Shown here one piece after another: positions 18,143 to 26,683 of a DNA stretch of 57,984 nt (position 1 is the stretch's first letter; every line of letters starts with the position of its first letter). Source of the DNA: Candidatus Jorgensenbacteria bacterium RIFCSPLOWO2_01_FULL_45_25b. GTDB taxonomy: Bacteria > Patescibacteriota > Minisyncoccia > UBA6257 > GWB1-50-10. The notes beneath the pieces were generated by a model, which saw only the letters and a list, made by a program, of their open reading frames with translations, did not search any database and had not been told where the DNA came from. Both the position numbers and the translations under genes were made by a program. The DNA lies in NCBI GenBank assembly GCA_001781035.1, contig MFKK01000037.1, positions 1 to 57,984 on the forward strand, given 5' to 3'.

Positions 18143-18212
18143 GCATGCCTTCCCTTCGACTCGGCTTAGGGTAAACTGCTCGGACAATAACCGAATTTCG
18201 TAATTCACAGCG
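18143..18212 (+). repeat. REP/MITE-like element, copy d
   Basis: ccttcccttcgactcggcttaggg...aataaccgaatttcgtaattcacag. Confidence 0.65.
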
Positions 18213-18263
18213 ATGTGGGAGTATTCCGTTTTTTATTGTATAATTTTTTCATTCGGTTTTTTT

Positions 18264-18986
18264 ATGGACACTCAACCTATTCATCATATTGCCGTTATTC
18301 CTGACGGAAACAGGAGGTGGGCAAGGAGGCGCGGGCTCCCGGGGCCGCAGGGGCATGTGGAGGGCATGAAGAAATTTGGCGAAGTCGCGAAAGAAACATT
18401 TCGGCTTGGGGTTCGGTATTTTACCTTTTGGGCGGCTTCGGAAAGCAATCTTACGAAACGCACAAAAGAAGAGGTCGCGGTTCTTATGATGCTTTTTCGG
18501 GATGAGATTGTTCGGCAACTTCAAGCAAAAGAATTTGACGAGCTTCATGTCCGAGTAAGAGTGCATGGGAAGGGGCTCGAAATTTTGGGGGACAAGAAAT
18601 TTACAGACGCGGTACGCGACTTGGAAGAAAAATCTTCGAAATATACAGATAAGCAACTTACCATTCTTTTTGGGTATAATGGAACCACGGAGATGTTGGA
18701 AGCAATACAAAGCATTGCTTCAGAATCAAGAATTAAGAATCAAGAATTAAGGATTACGGACGAATTAATTCGAACACATCTGTGGACAGGGGAATTGCCG
18801 GATGTGGACTTGGTGATTCGCACGGGATCGGCGGGGGATCCGCATAATTCCGCAGGGTTTATGATGTGGCTTACCAAAGAATCACAGTTTTATTTTACGG
18901 ATACGTACTTTCCGGATTTCGGAAAGAAAGGACTTGCCGAGGCGTTTGAAGAATACGCGAGGAGGGAGAGGCGGTTGGGAAAATAA
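18264..18986 (+). CDS. uppS: Undecaprenyl-diphosphate synthase (cis-prenyltransferase)
   Basis: HIAVIPDGNRRWARRRG and IRTGSAGDPHNSAGFMMW motifs. Confidence 0.9.
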   Translation: MDTQPIHHIAVIPDGNRRWARRRGLPGPQGHVEGMKKFGEVAKETFRLGVRYFTFWAASESNLTKRTKEEVAVLMMLFRDEIVRQLQAKEFDELHVRVRVHGKGLEILGDKKFTDAVRDLEEKSSKYTDKQLTILFGYNGTTEMLEAIQSIASESRIKNQELRITDELIRTHLWTGELPDVDLVIRTGSAGDPHNSAGFMMWLTKESQFYFTDTYFPDFGKKGLAEAFEEYARRERRLGK

Positions 18987-19872
18987 CAATTATATCGTTC
19001 GGAATGTCATATCAGAAAAGCCGTTTGAGTGGTCGCTTTCTGGCGGCGCGGTTTCTAGTTTTTCTTTACGCTGGGGAAGTTCGCCTGAAAATTTGCAGTA
19101 TCGCAAGGATGGAATTATCGGCACCTCAATCGCTATGTACGGACTTAATACTTCGTCAACTTGTTATTGGCAGGTTATTGGCGTGAACGGGTCAAGTACC
19201 ATATTTGGCAACATTCAATCATTTACCACCGCTCCCGTATTTACCTACTATTTGCCCTTTAACGAAAACTCGGGAACCGTTACCCGTGATTCCACGCTCG
19301 GCACTACCGCGACTCTTTACGGAGGAGCCCGCTTCTCCACCTTCTGTCCCGAGGGAAGCTGTTTGAATTTCACATCAAGCACCACTGCCTACGCCTCCAT
19401 ACCCACAACCTCAACCCTTATCGGTTTTCGCGACATTACTCTCCAGGCTTGGGTCTTCCGCAGAGCCGTATCACCCCGCACTCATGTTCGCGTTGTTTCC
19501 AAAGATTATGACTACTTCCTCGGCTTCTCGGGAGCGGGATCAAATCGTCTTGCCGTTGATTCCGGAGGAGGCGGAGGATGGCAGGGACTTACAACCGCAA
19601 CTCGCGATCTTCCTCTCGGAAGATGGGTTCACATCGCCTACACCTATTCTTCCTCCACGAATCGTTTGTACTATGACGGAGAGCTTGTCGAAGAGCAGGC
19701 GAAGACGAGAACCTTCGGACCAGGAACCCAGCCTCTTACCATCTCCGGACCAACCTTCGCGTTCAATGACCCCTTTGACGGGCTTGTTGATGAGGTGAAG
19801 ATTTCTCCTTTCGCGAAGACGGGAGCGGAGATACGGGCGGAGGTGTTAACTAAAACTCCTCCAATGCCTTAG
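18934..19872 (+). CDS. LamG/concanavalin-like domain protein, start uncertain
   Basis: ITLQAWVF..., LYYDGELV and DGLVDEVKIS are LamG-type motifs. Confidence 0.6.
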   Translation: MPRRLKNTRGGRGGWENNNYIVRNVISEKPFEWSLSGGAVSSFSLRWGSSPENLQYRKDGIIGTSIAMYGLNTSSTCYWQVIGVNGSSTIFGNIQSFTTAPVFTYYLPFNENSGTVTRDSTLGTTATLYGGARFSTFCPEGSCLNFTSSTTAYASIPTTSTLIGFRDITLQAWVFRRAVSPRTHVRVVSKDYDYFLGFSGAGSNRLAVDSGGGGGWQGLTTATRDLPLGRWVHIAYTYSSSTNRLYYDGELVEEQAKTRTFGPGTQPLTISGPTFAFNDPFDGLVDEVKISPFAKTGAEIRAEVLTKTPPMP

Positions 19873-19935
19873 TTTTGTTTTTCTTAATATTTTTATACGT
19901 TGACTTTTGGAAGCATCTCTCTCATTATTTTGTGA

Positions 19936-20234
19936 CGGGCTGTAGCCCGTTAGAGGCGCTCATTTCCATGTTTTATGTTTATGTGTTACAAAGCATTAAG
20001 GACGGTCAATGGTATACTGGTTATGCCAGTGATTTGAAGCGAAGAATCAAAGAACATAATTTAGGGCGGAATTTTTCGACTAAACACAGAATACCGTTTT
20101 GTCTCATTTATTATGAAGCTTGCTTGTCTGAAAAGGACGCAAAGACTCGTGAGAAATATTTGAAATCTGGAATGGGTAAAAGATATTTGAAGAATAGAAT
20201 GAGGTATTTTTTGAGCACCTCTAACGGGCTGTAG
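19936..20234 (+). mobile_element. GIY-YIG mini-cassette with terminal inverted repeats, inserted at the tRNA-Pro 5' end
   Basis: The 10-nt sequence cgggctgtag is present at 19936-19945 and 20225-20234. There is a 17/18-bp inverted repeat between 19944-19961 and 20213-20230. Confidence 0.45.
19968..20234 (+). CDS. GIY-YIG nuclease family protein (COG2827-like)
   Basis: FYVYVLQSIKDGQWYTGYASDLKRRIKEHN...KDAKTREKYLKSGMGK. The stop TAG lies inside tRNA-Pro. Confidence 0.8.
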   Translation: MFYVYVLQSIKDGQWYTGYASDLKRRIKEHNLGRNFSTKHRIPFCLIYYEACLSEKDAKTREKYLKSGMGKRYLKNRMRYFLSTSNGL

Positions 20235-20298
20235 TATACCGGTAGTACGTCTGCTTTGGGAGCAGATAGACCGGGTTCGATTCCCGGCAGCCCGACCA
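20225..20298 (+). tRNA. tRNA-Pro (anticodon TGG), CCA encoded
   Basis: Acceptor CGGGCTG/CAGCCCG, anticodon stem TCTGC/GCAGA, loop TTTGGGA, T arm CCGGG-TTCGATT-CCCGG, then ACCA. Confidence 0.85.
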
Positions 20299-20380
20299 AA
20301 AAAACGTAAAATGTAAAGTGAAAAAAGCAAAGCATTTAAAAGGCTTTGTCTTTTTTGGTTTTGCGTTTATAATAAATTTC

Positions 20381-20641
20381 ATGAAAAAGAAACCCGAAGC
20401 AATGTTAGAACTTTATCAGTTTGAGGAGTGTCCCTACTGCAAGCGAGTGAGAGAGAAGATGACGGATTTAGGAATGAGTTACATTATTCACAATGTGCCG
20501 CGCGCGAGAGAGAAGCGGGTTAAACTTGAAAAGATTTCGGGGCAGAAGTTTGTGCCAGTTTTGGTTGACGCGAATACGAAGACGATGATAGCGGATGATG
20601 ATGATAAGGCGATAGAGTATTTGGAGAAGACGTACGGGTAA
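20381..20641 (+). CDS. Glutaredoxin-like protein
   Basis: CPYC active-site motif and FVPVLVD. Confidence 0.75.
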   Translation: MKKKPEAMLELYQFEECPYCKRVREKMTDLGMSYIIHNVPRAREKRVKLEKISGQKFVPVLVDANTKTMIADDDDKAIEYLEKTYG

Positions 20642-20740
20642 AGGTCGTTTATAACCGCTCCGAAACTACGAATTATCCGAATCAACGAATACGAATATTT
20701 GTAGATTCGGATGAATTTGTAGATTGGGAACGGATTTTTT

Positions 20741-21211
20741 ATGAATAAAACTATAGCTATTATTGTTGCGGTTGTTGTTGTGGGATTCGGCGCGTGGTAT
20801 TTCATGAAGAGCGATTATTCGCTGAAGAAGGATGAGATGCAGGCGACCAGCACTCCCGAGGAGGCGGTCGTGAGTGAGAATGGTGCCGTGATGGGAGAGA
20901 AGCAGGTTGTTGTTTACACCGATGAGGGCTATGTTCCTTCTTCCCTTATCATCAAGGCGGGGGAGGTTGTGGAATTTAGAAATGAATCGTCGCGTGAGAC
21001 TTGGCCGGCGTCCGCGAAGCATCCGACGCATACCGGGTATCCGGGAACGGATATAAAGAAGTGCGATACGGCAGAGGCGGGTGAGATGTTTGATTCCTGC
21101 GGAGGCATCGCGCCCGGAGCGTCATGGACATTTACCTTTAACGAGAAGGAGGAATGGGGGTATCATGACCACTTGGACGCGAAGAAGTTTGGAAAGATTA
21201 TTGTTGAGTAG
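20741..21211 (+). CDS. Cupredoxin-like domain protein with N-terminal anchor
   Basis: IIKAGEVVEFRNES...HDHLDAKKFGKIIVE. Confidence 0.6.
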   Translation: MNKTIAIIVAVVVVGFGAWYFMKSDYSLKKDEMQATSTPEEAVVSENGAVMGEKQVVVYTDEGYVPSSLIIKAGEVVEFRNESSRETWPASAKHPTHTGYPGTDIKKCDTAEAGEMFDSCGGIAPGASWTFTFNEKEEWGYHDHLDAKKFGKIIVE

Positions 21212-21250
21212 AATCTAGAATCTAGAAGCTAGAAGCTAGAAGCTAGGATA
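21209..21250 (+). repeat. 7-bp CTAGAAK tandem array beginning at the stop codon
   Basis: tagaatc tagaatc tagaagc tagaagc tagaagc taggata. Confidence 0.9.
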
Positions 21251-21254
21251 TTGG

Positions 21255-21287
21255 AGATGGACATCAATTTGGTGTCCATCTTTGTTT
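21255..21287 (+). terminator. Rho-independent terminator
   Basis: agatggaca-tcaatttgg-tgtccatct followed by ttgttt. Confidence 0.75.
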
Positions 21288-21292
21288 ATCAC

Positions 21293-21416
21293 TTTGAATT
21301 ACGAAACTCCATTATTGCCTGAGCCCACGTCGAAGGCATTGCCTACGCGATAAATCTAAAATGTCGCCCTTCGACAAGCTCAGGGCATAATATTTAGGCA
21401 GTTTCGTAATTCAAGG
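21293..21416. repeat. Inverted pair of REP/MITE-like elements (c1 reverse, c2 forward)
   Basis: tgaattacgaaa...attattgcctgagc...cgtcgaagg faces cccttcgacaagctcagggcataatattt...tttcgtaattcaagg. Confidence 0.7.
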
Positions 21417-21492
21417 CTCATCGGGCTCTTTTTCTTTTGCTTGTCAATGGTGGTTGTTTCTTTGAGTTTGAGGTTTAATGGTTACAAGTAAT

Positions 21493-21587
21493 GTAACCCT
21501 TCAACCCCGAAGAATCCTTCGACAAGCTCAAGAAATACGGAGCAGGCAAACTCGGGGAATAATATTTTATCATTTTGTAATTCACAG
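21493..21587 (+). repeat. REP/MITE-like element, copy b
   Basis: gtaacccttcaaccccgaagaatccttcgacaagctcaagaaatacggagcaggcaaactcggggaataatatttt...ttttgtaattcacag. Confidence 0.75.
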
Positions 21588-21595
21588 ATTTATAT

Positions 21596-23317
21596 ATGGC
21601 GGGAGAGGTAGACATCATAAAAGAGAAAATTGATATTGTGGATTTTTTGCGGTCATATATTGACCTGCATCCCGCGGGGAAGAATTTTAAGGCGATTTGT
21701 CCGTTTCATTCGGAGAAGACGGCTTCTTTTGTTGTTTCTCCCGAACGGAGGATGTGGCACTGCTTTGGTTCGTGCGGGGAGGGGGGGGATATTTTTAAAT
21801 TTTTAATGAAGCATGAGAATTTGGAGTTTTATGAAGCCTTGAAAGTTTTGGCCGAACGGGCAGGCGTTCCTCTTCGCGCGCTTGACCCGCAGAAACAGAA
21901 GGAGTTTGGAGTTCTTTATGATATGCACGAGACGGCTAAGGATTTTTATCGGAAACAGCTTTCTTCGCAGACAGAGGCTTTGAGTTATTTGAGAGGAAGA
22001 GGACTTACGGATGAGACGATGGAGGAGTTCGGACTCGGATTTTCTCCGGGGGGAGAGGCGCTTACGCTTTTTCTTTTGCAGTCGGGATATGATATGTCGA
22101 ATATTGTTCGTGGGGGGCTCGCGCAGAAGAACGCGCAAGGGCTTCATCGGGACAAGTTTTATCGGAGGATTATGTTTCCGATTTATAATTCCATGGGAAA
22201 GGTTGTCGCTTTTACCGGACGGATTCTGCCGGAGAATGGAAGCCCTTCGACAAGCTCAGGAGATATACCGAAATATTTGAATAGTCCCGAGACGCCGATT
22301 TTTAACAAGTCGCATATTTTATATGGATTTCATGTTTCAAAGAATCATATCGCGAAATCGCGAACGGCTTTTCTTGTGGAGGGGCAGATGGATGTTTTGA
22401 TGTCGTGGCAGTCGGGAATACAAAATGTTGTCGCCGTTTCCGGAACGGGGCTTACTACGCATCATCTTGAGCGATTACGAAGACTCGCTGATACGCTTGT
22501 GTTGAGTTTTGATAACGATACTGCTGGATTGAAGGCGATGGAGCGTTCGCTTGACCTTTTTGCCGATTTTGATTTTTACGCGCGGGTTGCTTCTCTTGGA
22601 GAGCATAAGGACCCCGCTGACGCGGCGAAGGCGGATAAGGGATTTTTGGAGAGGGCTGTTTTGGAGGCGAGACCCGCCTTCTCGATTCTTTTTGAGTCGT
22701 ATTTCAAGGGGATTTCGTTTTCCGATGTTGCTTTGAAGAAACGGCTTGTGCGCCGTTCTTTGGAGAAGATTAGGGCTCTCAAGAGTTCTACCGAGCGGGA
22801 TATTTGGACGAAGGAGCTTTCAGGTGTTTCAGGCATTTCTGAATCGGGGCTTCTTGCCGAATTTGCTTCCATGTCCTTGCCCGCCTCACCCGTTTCTCAC
22901 GCGCCGGATTCTGTTTTTACCCCAACACTTCTTTCCCGCCCCCGACGAATTGAGCTTATCGCGAAGAGGCTGGTCTCGCTCGCGCTTCTTCGCGCTCCGT
23001 TTTTTGAAAGACTTATGGAGCATCGGGAGTGGCTTCCCAAGGAATATTGTAGTATTCTTGAGGAGCCTCAAGGAGTCCCTGCCACCGAGCTTAGTATGTT
23101 GGGAAGCTATGAGTTTGGGGGGGCGAAGGAGGAGGAGCTTCTTAAGGAATTTGATGACCTTTTGAGTTATATTCAGCTTGAGTTTTTGAAACAGAGAAGG
23201 AACGAGCTTCGTTTGAAGATTCGCGAGTGCGAGCGGAAGGGGACGAACGAGGAGTCTCAAACGTTTCTCGCGGAGTTTCATTCTCTTTCAAGGGAGATGG
23301 ACAAGTTAAAACGATAA
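21596..23317 (+). CDS. dnaG: DNA primase
   Basis: Zinc ribbon CPFHSEKTASF..WHCFGCG, the PKYLNSPET motif and the Toprim motif EGQMDV...DNDTAG. Confidence 0.9.
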   Translation: MAGEVDIIKEKIDIVDFLRSYIDLHPAGKNFKAICPFHSEKTASFVVSPERRMWHCFGSCGEGGDIFKFLMKHENLEFYEALKVLAERAGVPLRALDPQKQKEFGVLYDMHETAKDFYRKQLSSQTEALSYLRGRGLTDETMEEFGLGFSPGGEALTLFLLQSGYDMSNIVRGGLAQKNAQGLHRDKFYRRIMFPIYNSMGKVVAFTGRILPENGSPSTSSGDIPKYLNSPETPIFNKSHILYGFHVSKNHIAKSRTAFLVEGQMDVLMSWQSGIQNVVAVSGTGLTTHHLERLRRLADTLVLSFDNDTAGLKAMERSLDLFADFDFYARVASLGEHKDPADAAKADKGFLERAVLEARPAFSILFESYFKGISFSDVALKKRLVRRSLEKIRALKSSTERDIWTKELSGVSGISESGLLAEFASMSLPASPVSHAPDSVFTPTLLSRPRRIELIAKRLVSLALLRAPFFERLMEHREWLPKEYCSILEEPQGVPATELSMLGSYEFGGAKEEELLKEFDDLLSYIQLEFLKQRRNELRLKIRECERKGTNEESQTFLAEFHSLSREMDKLKR

Positions 23318-23330
23318 AATCCGAAGCATG

Positions 23331-23418
23331 AAATCCGAAATTCGAAACACGGGTTTATGTCATTTGAATTTAGAACATTAGAATTTGTTTCGAATTTCGA
23401 TATTCGAATTTCGGATTT
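23331..23418 (+). promoter_or_regulatory. Long imperfect hairpin between dnaG and rpoD
   Basis: aaatccgaaattcgaaaca ... tgtttcgaatttcga-tattcgaatttcggattt, with perfect 16-bp outer arms. Confidence 0.5.
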
Positions 23419-23426
23419 AAACATAT

Positions 23427-24695
23427 ATGGCAAAAAAAGAGAAAAAAATTATAAAAAAAGGAAAAGGTAAAAAGACTCTGAAGCGTCAAATTCCCTCAAA
23501 GAAGGCGGTAAGCAGGGTGCTTATTCGCACCGGTCGTTCTTCCCGGGGCGTTCGGCCTCCTCAAAAAAATGCTTCAACGAAAAAGGAGCTGAAGCTTACG
23601 AAAAAGGACCAGCTTATCAAGGAGTATGAGGAAAGGCTGAATGATTTGGTGTATCGCGGACGAGCGAGAGGGTTTGTTACTGATGCCGAAGTATTGAGTT
23701 TCTTTCCCCGTATTGAGGAGCACCTTCCTTTTTTAGAGATGGTTTACGCGCGGCTTGACCGCGAGGGTATTCGCGTAAAGGAATCCTCTCCTTTAATGAA
23801 GGTTATTAAAGATAAGGAGGAGATTACCGCGAAGGAATTGAAGGACGCCACTCGGATTGAACATGATTTGCCGGATGCCGTGCAGATGTATCTGAAAGAA
23901 ATAGGACGAACGGCTCTCTTAACCTCCAAAGACGAGAAGGAGCTTGCAAAACGGGCGGAGGGAGGCAATGAGGAGGCGCGGAAGAGGCTTATTCAGGCAA
24001 ACTTGCGGCTTGTTGTTTCTATCGCGAAGCGGTATGTGAACCGCAGTCCGCACTTGAGTATTTTGGATTTAATTCAAGAAGGAAACATCGGGCTTTCTCG
24101 CGCGGTTGATAAATTTGATTATCGGAAGGGATTTAAGTTTTCAACATACGCGACGTGGTGGATTCGGCAGGCGATTACGCGCGCTCTCGCGGATTATTCG
24201 CGCACAATTCGCATTCCGGTGCATATGGTTGAGACGATTACAAAGTATACGCAAATTAAGCGTCACTTGATGCAGGAGCTTGGGCGCGAGCCGTTGCCGG
24301 AGGAGGTTGCCGCGGAGATGGGAGTTGATGTGGAGAAGGTGCACTACATCCAAAAAATTTCACAGGAGGTTATTTCTTTGGAATCTCCGATCGGGGATGA
24401 TGACGAGGACTCAACCCTTTCTGACTTTATTAAGGATGAGCAGAGCCTGTCTCCCGACCAGCTCGCGAGCCACGCGCTTTTGAAGGATCAGATTCACGAG
24501 GTGATGAGAGACCTTACCGAACGCGAGCAGAAAATTCTCGCCATGCGGTTTGGATTGGAAGATGGGATTTCACACACGCTTGAGGAGGTGGGGAAGGTGT
24601 TTGGTGTTACGAGAGAGCGTATTCGGCAGATTGAGGCAAAGGCGTTGGATAAGATTCGGGGGAATGAGAAGGTGAAGAAGCTGGAGGGATACTGA
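23427..24695 (+). CDS. rpoD: RNA polymerase sigma-70 factor
   Basis: Region 2 [37 protein letters not shown] and region 4 [20 protein letters not shown]. Confidence 0.9.
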   Translation: MAKKEKKIIKKGKGKKTLKRQIPSKKAVSRVLIRTGRSSRGVRPPQKNASTKKELKLTKKDQLIKEYEERLNDLVYRGRARGFVTDAEVLSFFPRIEEHLPFLEMVYARLDREGIRVKESSPLMKVIKDKEEITAKELKDATRIEHDLPDAVQMYLKEIGRTALLTSKDEKELAKRAEGGNEEARKRLIQANLRLVVSIAKRYVNRSPHLSILDLIQEGNIGLSRAVDKFDYRKGFKFSTYATWWIRQAITRALADYSRTIRIPVHMVETITKYTQIKRHLMQELGREPLPEEVAAEMGVDVEKVHYIQKISQEVISLESPIGDDDEDSTLSDFIKDEQSLSPDQLASHALLKDQIHEVMRDLTEREQKILAMRFGLEDGISHTLEEVGKVFGVTRERIRQIEAKALDKIRGNEKVKKLEGY

Positions 24696-24740
24696 CGGGA
24701 ATTACTAAGTTACTAATTTCTAATTTTTAATGAATTTTCA

Positions 24741-26573
24741 ATGAAGTCATCGGAAATTAGGAGGAAATTTTTGAAGTTTTTTGAGGAGCGGGGGCATGTT
24801 ATAGTGCCTTCATCTTCTTTGGTGCCGGACGACCCTTCGGTGCTTTTGACGACCGCCGGAATGCAGCAGTTTAAGAGGTATTACACCGGTGAGGCGGACG
24901 CGATGAAAGATTTCGGTTCAAAAAGCACGGTGTCAATTCAGAAAAGTTTTCGCACTTCAGATATTGACGAGGTGGGCGACGAGAGGCACCTCACTTTTTT
25001 TGAGATGATGGGGAATTTTAGTTTTGGTGGATACTTCAAAGAAGAAGCGATTACGTATGCTTTTGATTTCATCACAAAGGAAATGGGGTTGCTGATTTCT
25101 TACGTGACGGTGTTTCAAGGTAGTCCTTCGACCCCAAAGAATCCTTCGACAGGTTCAGGAAATACGGAGCAGGCAAGTTCAGGAAATAACATTCCAAAAG
25201 ATACTGAATCCAAAGGGATTTGGGAGAGCTTGGGCGTGAAAGATGTAAGAGAGGAGGGAATGGATGATGTGTTTTGGGGGCCGACGGGGAGTTCGGGACC
25301 GTGCGGGCCGACGACGGAGATTTATTGCAAAAACGGGGCGGGGCAGGATATTGAGGTTTGGAATATCGTTTTTAACGAATTTTTTTGTACCGGTTCGCGC
25401 GAAGAGCTTTTGGCGGGGAGAGCTGAATTAAAACCCTTGCCGACGAAGGGTATTGATACGGGAATGGGGCTGGAGCGTTTGGCGATGTGCGCGCAAAAAA
25501 CAAAGACCATTTTTGAGACGGATTTGTTTGGCGGTTTTTTGAAAAAAGAGCCGATATCGGGTGTTACGGAACGCGTAAGAAGAATTGTTTTAGACCACGC
25601 GCGAGCGATTGCTTTTTTAATTTCTGACGGCGTGGAACCCTCCAATAAGGGCGCCGGTTATATTTTGAGGCGGCTTGTGAGACGAGCGATGGTGTATGAA
25701 TATTTAGTGAATCAAATTGAGTTTAAGCTTCCGATTGTGTTTACCGCGGTTCATGAAACATACGCGCGATGGTATCCTGAATTAAGCAAAGAGGAAATTC
25801 TTAACATTTTTGAGGGAGAAAAAGAACGTTTTTTGATTTCTTTGGAACAGGGATTAAAGGAGTTAAAGAAGTTTGAGAAGGTGGATGTGAAATCGGCGTT
25901 TTTTCTCTTCCAAAGTTTTGGCATTCCTTATGAGGTGATAAAGGAACTTGGCGGGGAGAGAACGATTCATTTGAAGCGCGAGGATTTTGAAAAAGAATTT
26001 GAAGAGCATCAAGAAATTTCCCGCGCGGGACTTGAGAAGAAGTTTGGCGGGCACGGTCTTATTTTGGATACGGGAGAGTTGAAGGCGGGGGATGTGGAGG
26101 AATTAAGGAATGCGACTCGGTTGCATACGACGACGCATTTGCTTCAGCAGGCGTTGCGGGACGTGCTCGGAGATTCCGTTCATCAGATGGGTTCGGATGT
26201 TACATCGGAGCGGACGCGGTTTGATTTTTCTTTTGCCAGAAAGCTTACGTCGGATGAGATTGGGCGCGTAGAGAAAATTGTGAATAAAAAGATTGAGGAG
26301 AATCTTCCGGTTGGTTGTGTAGAGATGTCAAAAGAAGAGGCGGAGAGAAGCGGCGCTTTGCACTTTTTTAAGGAAAAGTATCCCGACAAGGTTAAGGTAT
26401 ATTATGTCGGAGAGACGCTTTTGGACGCGTACAGCAAGGAGTTTTGCGGAGGGCCCCACGTGGGTCGTACCGAAGAAATTGGAAGAGTAAAAATTAGTAA
26501 GGAGGAGGCGGTTGCTTCAGGCGTGAGAAGGATGCGGGTAGTGTTGACTAAGGACGCAGAATTTAGAAGCTAG
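24741..26573 (+). CDS. alaS: Alanine--tRNA ligase, short form without the C-Ala domain
   Basis: FFEERGH, TTAGMQQFK, HLTFFEMMGNFSFGGYFK, and the editing-domain motifs HTTTHLL and CGGPHV. Confidence 0.9.
   Translation: MKSSEIRRKFLKFFEERGHVIVPSSSLVPDDPSVLLTTAGMQQFKRYYTGEADAMKDFGSKSTVSIQKSFRTSDIDEVGDERHLTFFEMMGNFSFGGYFKEEAITYAFDFITKEMGLLISYVTVFQGSPSTPKNPSTGSGNTEQASSGNNIPKDTESKGIWESLGVKDVREEGMDDVFWGPTGSSGPCGPTTEIYCKNGAGQDIEVWNIVFNEFFCTGSREELLAGRAELKPLPTKGIDTGMGLERLAMCAQKTKTIFETDLFGGFLKKEPISGVTERVRRIVLDHARAIAFLISDGVEPSNKGAGYILRRLVRRAMVYEYLVNQIEFKLPIVFTAVHETYARWYPELSKEEILNIFEGEKERFLISLEQGLKELKKFEKVDVKSAFFLFQSFGIPYEVIKELGGERTIHLKREDFEKEFEEHQEISRAGLEKKFGGHGLILDTGELKAGDVEELRNATRLHTTTHLLQQALRDVLGDSVHQMGSDVTSERTRFDFSFARKLTSDEIGRVEKIVNKKIEENLPVGCVEMSKEEAERSGALHFFKEKYPDKVKVYYVGETLLDAYSKEFCGGPHVGRTEEIGRVKISKEEAVASGVRRMRVVLTKDAEFRS
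25121..25196 (+). repeat. REP/MITE-like element, copy e, in frame inside alaS
   Basis: About 76 nt with about 12 mismatches to 21493-21568. It is translated as GSPSTPKNPSTGSGNTEQASSGNNIP. Confidence 0.75.
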
Positions 26574-26600
26574 AATCTAGAAACTAGAATCTAGGATATA
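26564..26600 (+). repeat. 7-bp CTAGAAK tandem array containing the alaS stop codon
   Basis: tagaagc tagaatc tagaaac tagaatc taggata. Confidence 0.9.
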
Positions 26601-26683
26601 TTCTTTCCAACACGAATAACAGAACTTTTATAGGAAATTATTGAGGCGTTTGGGGAAATGTTGTATAATATCTTTGTTTTCCC

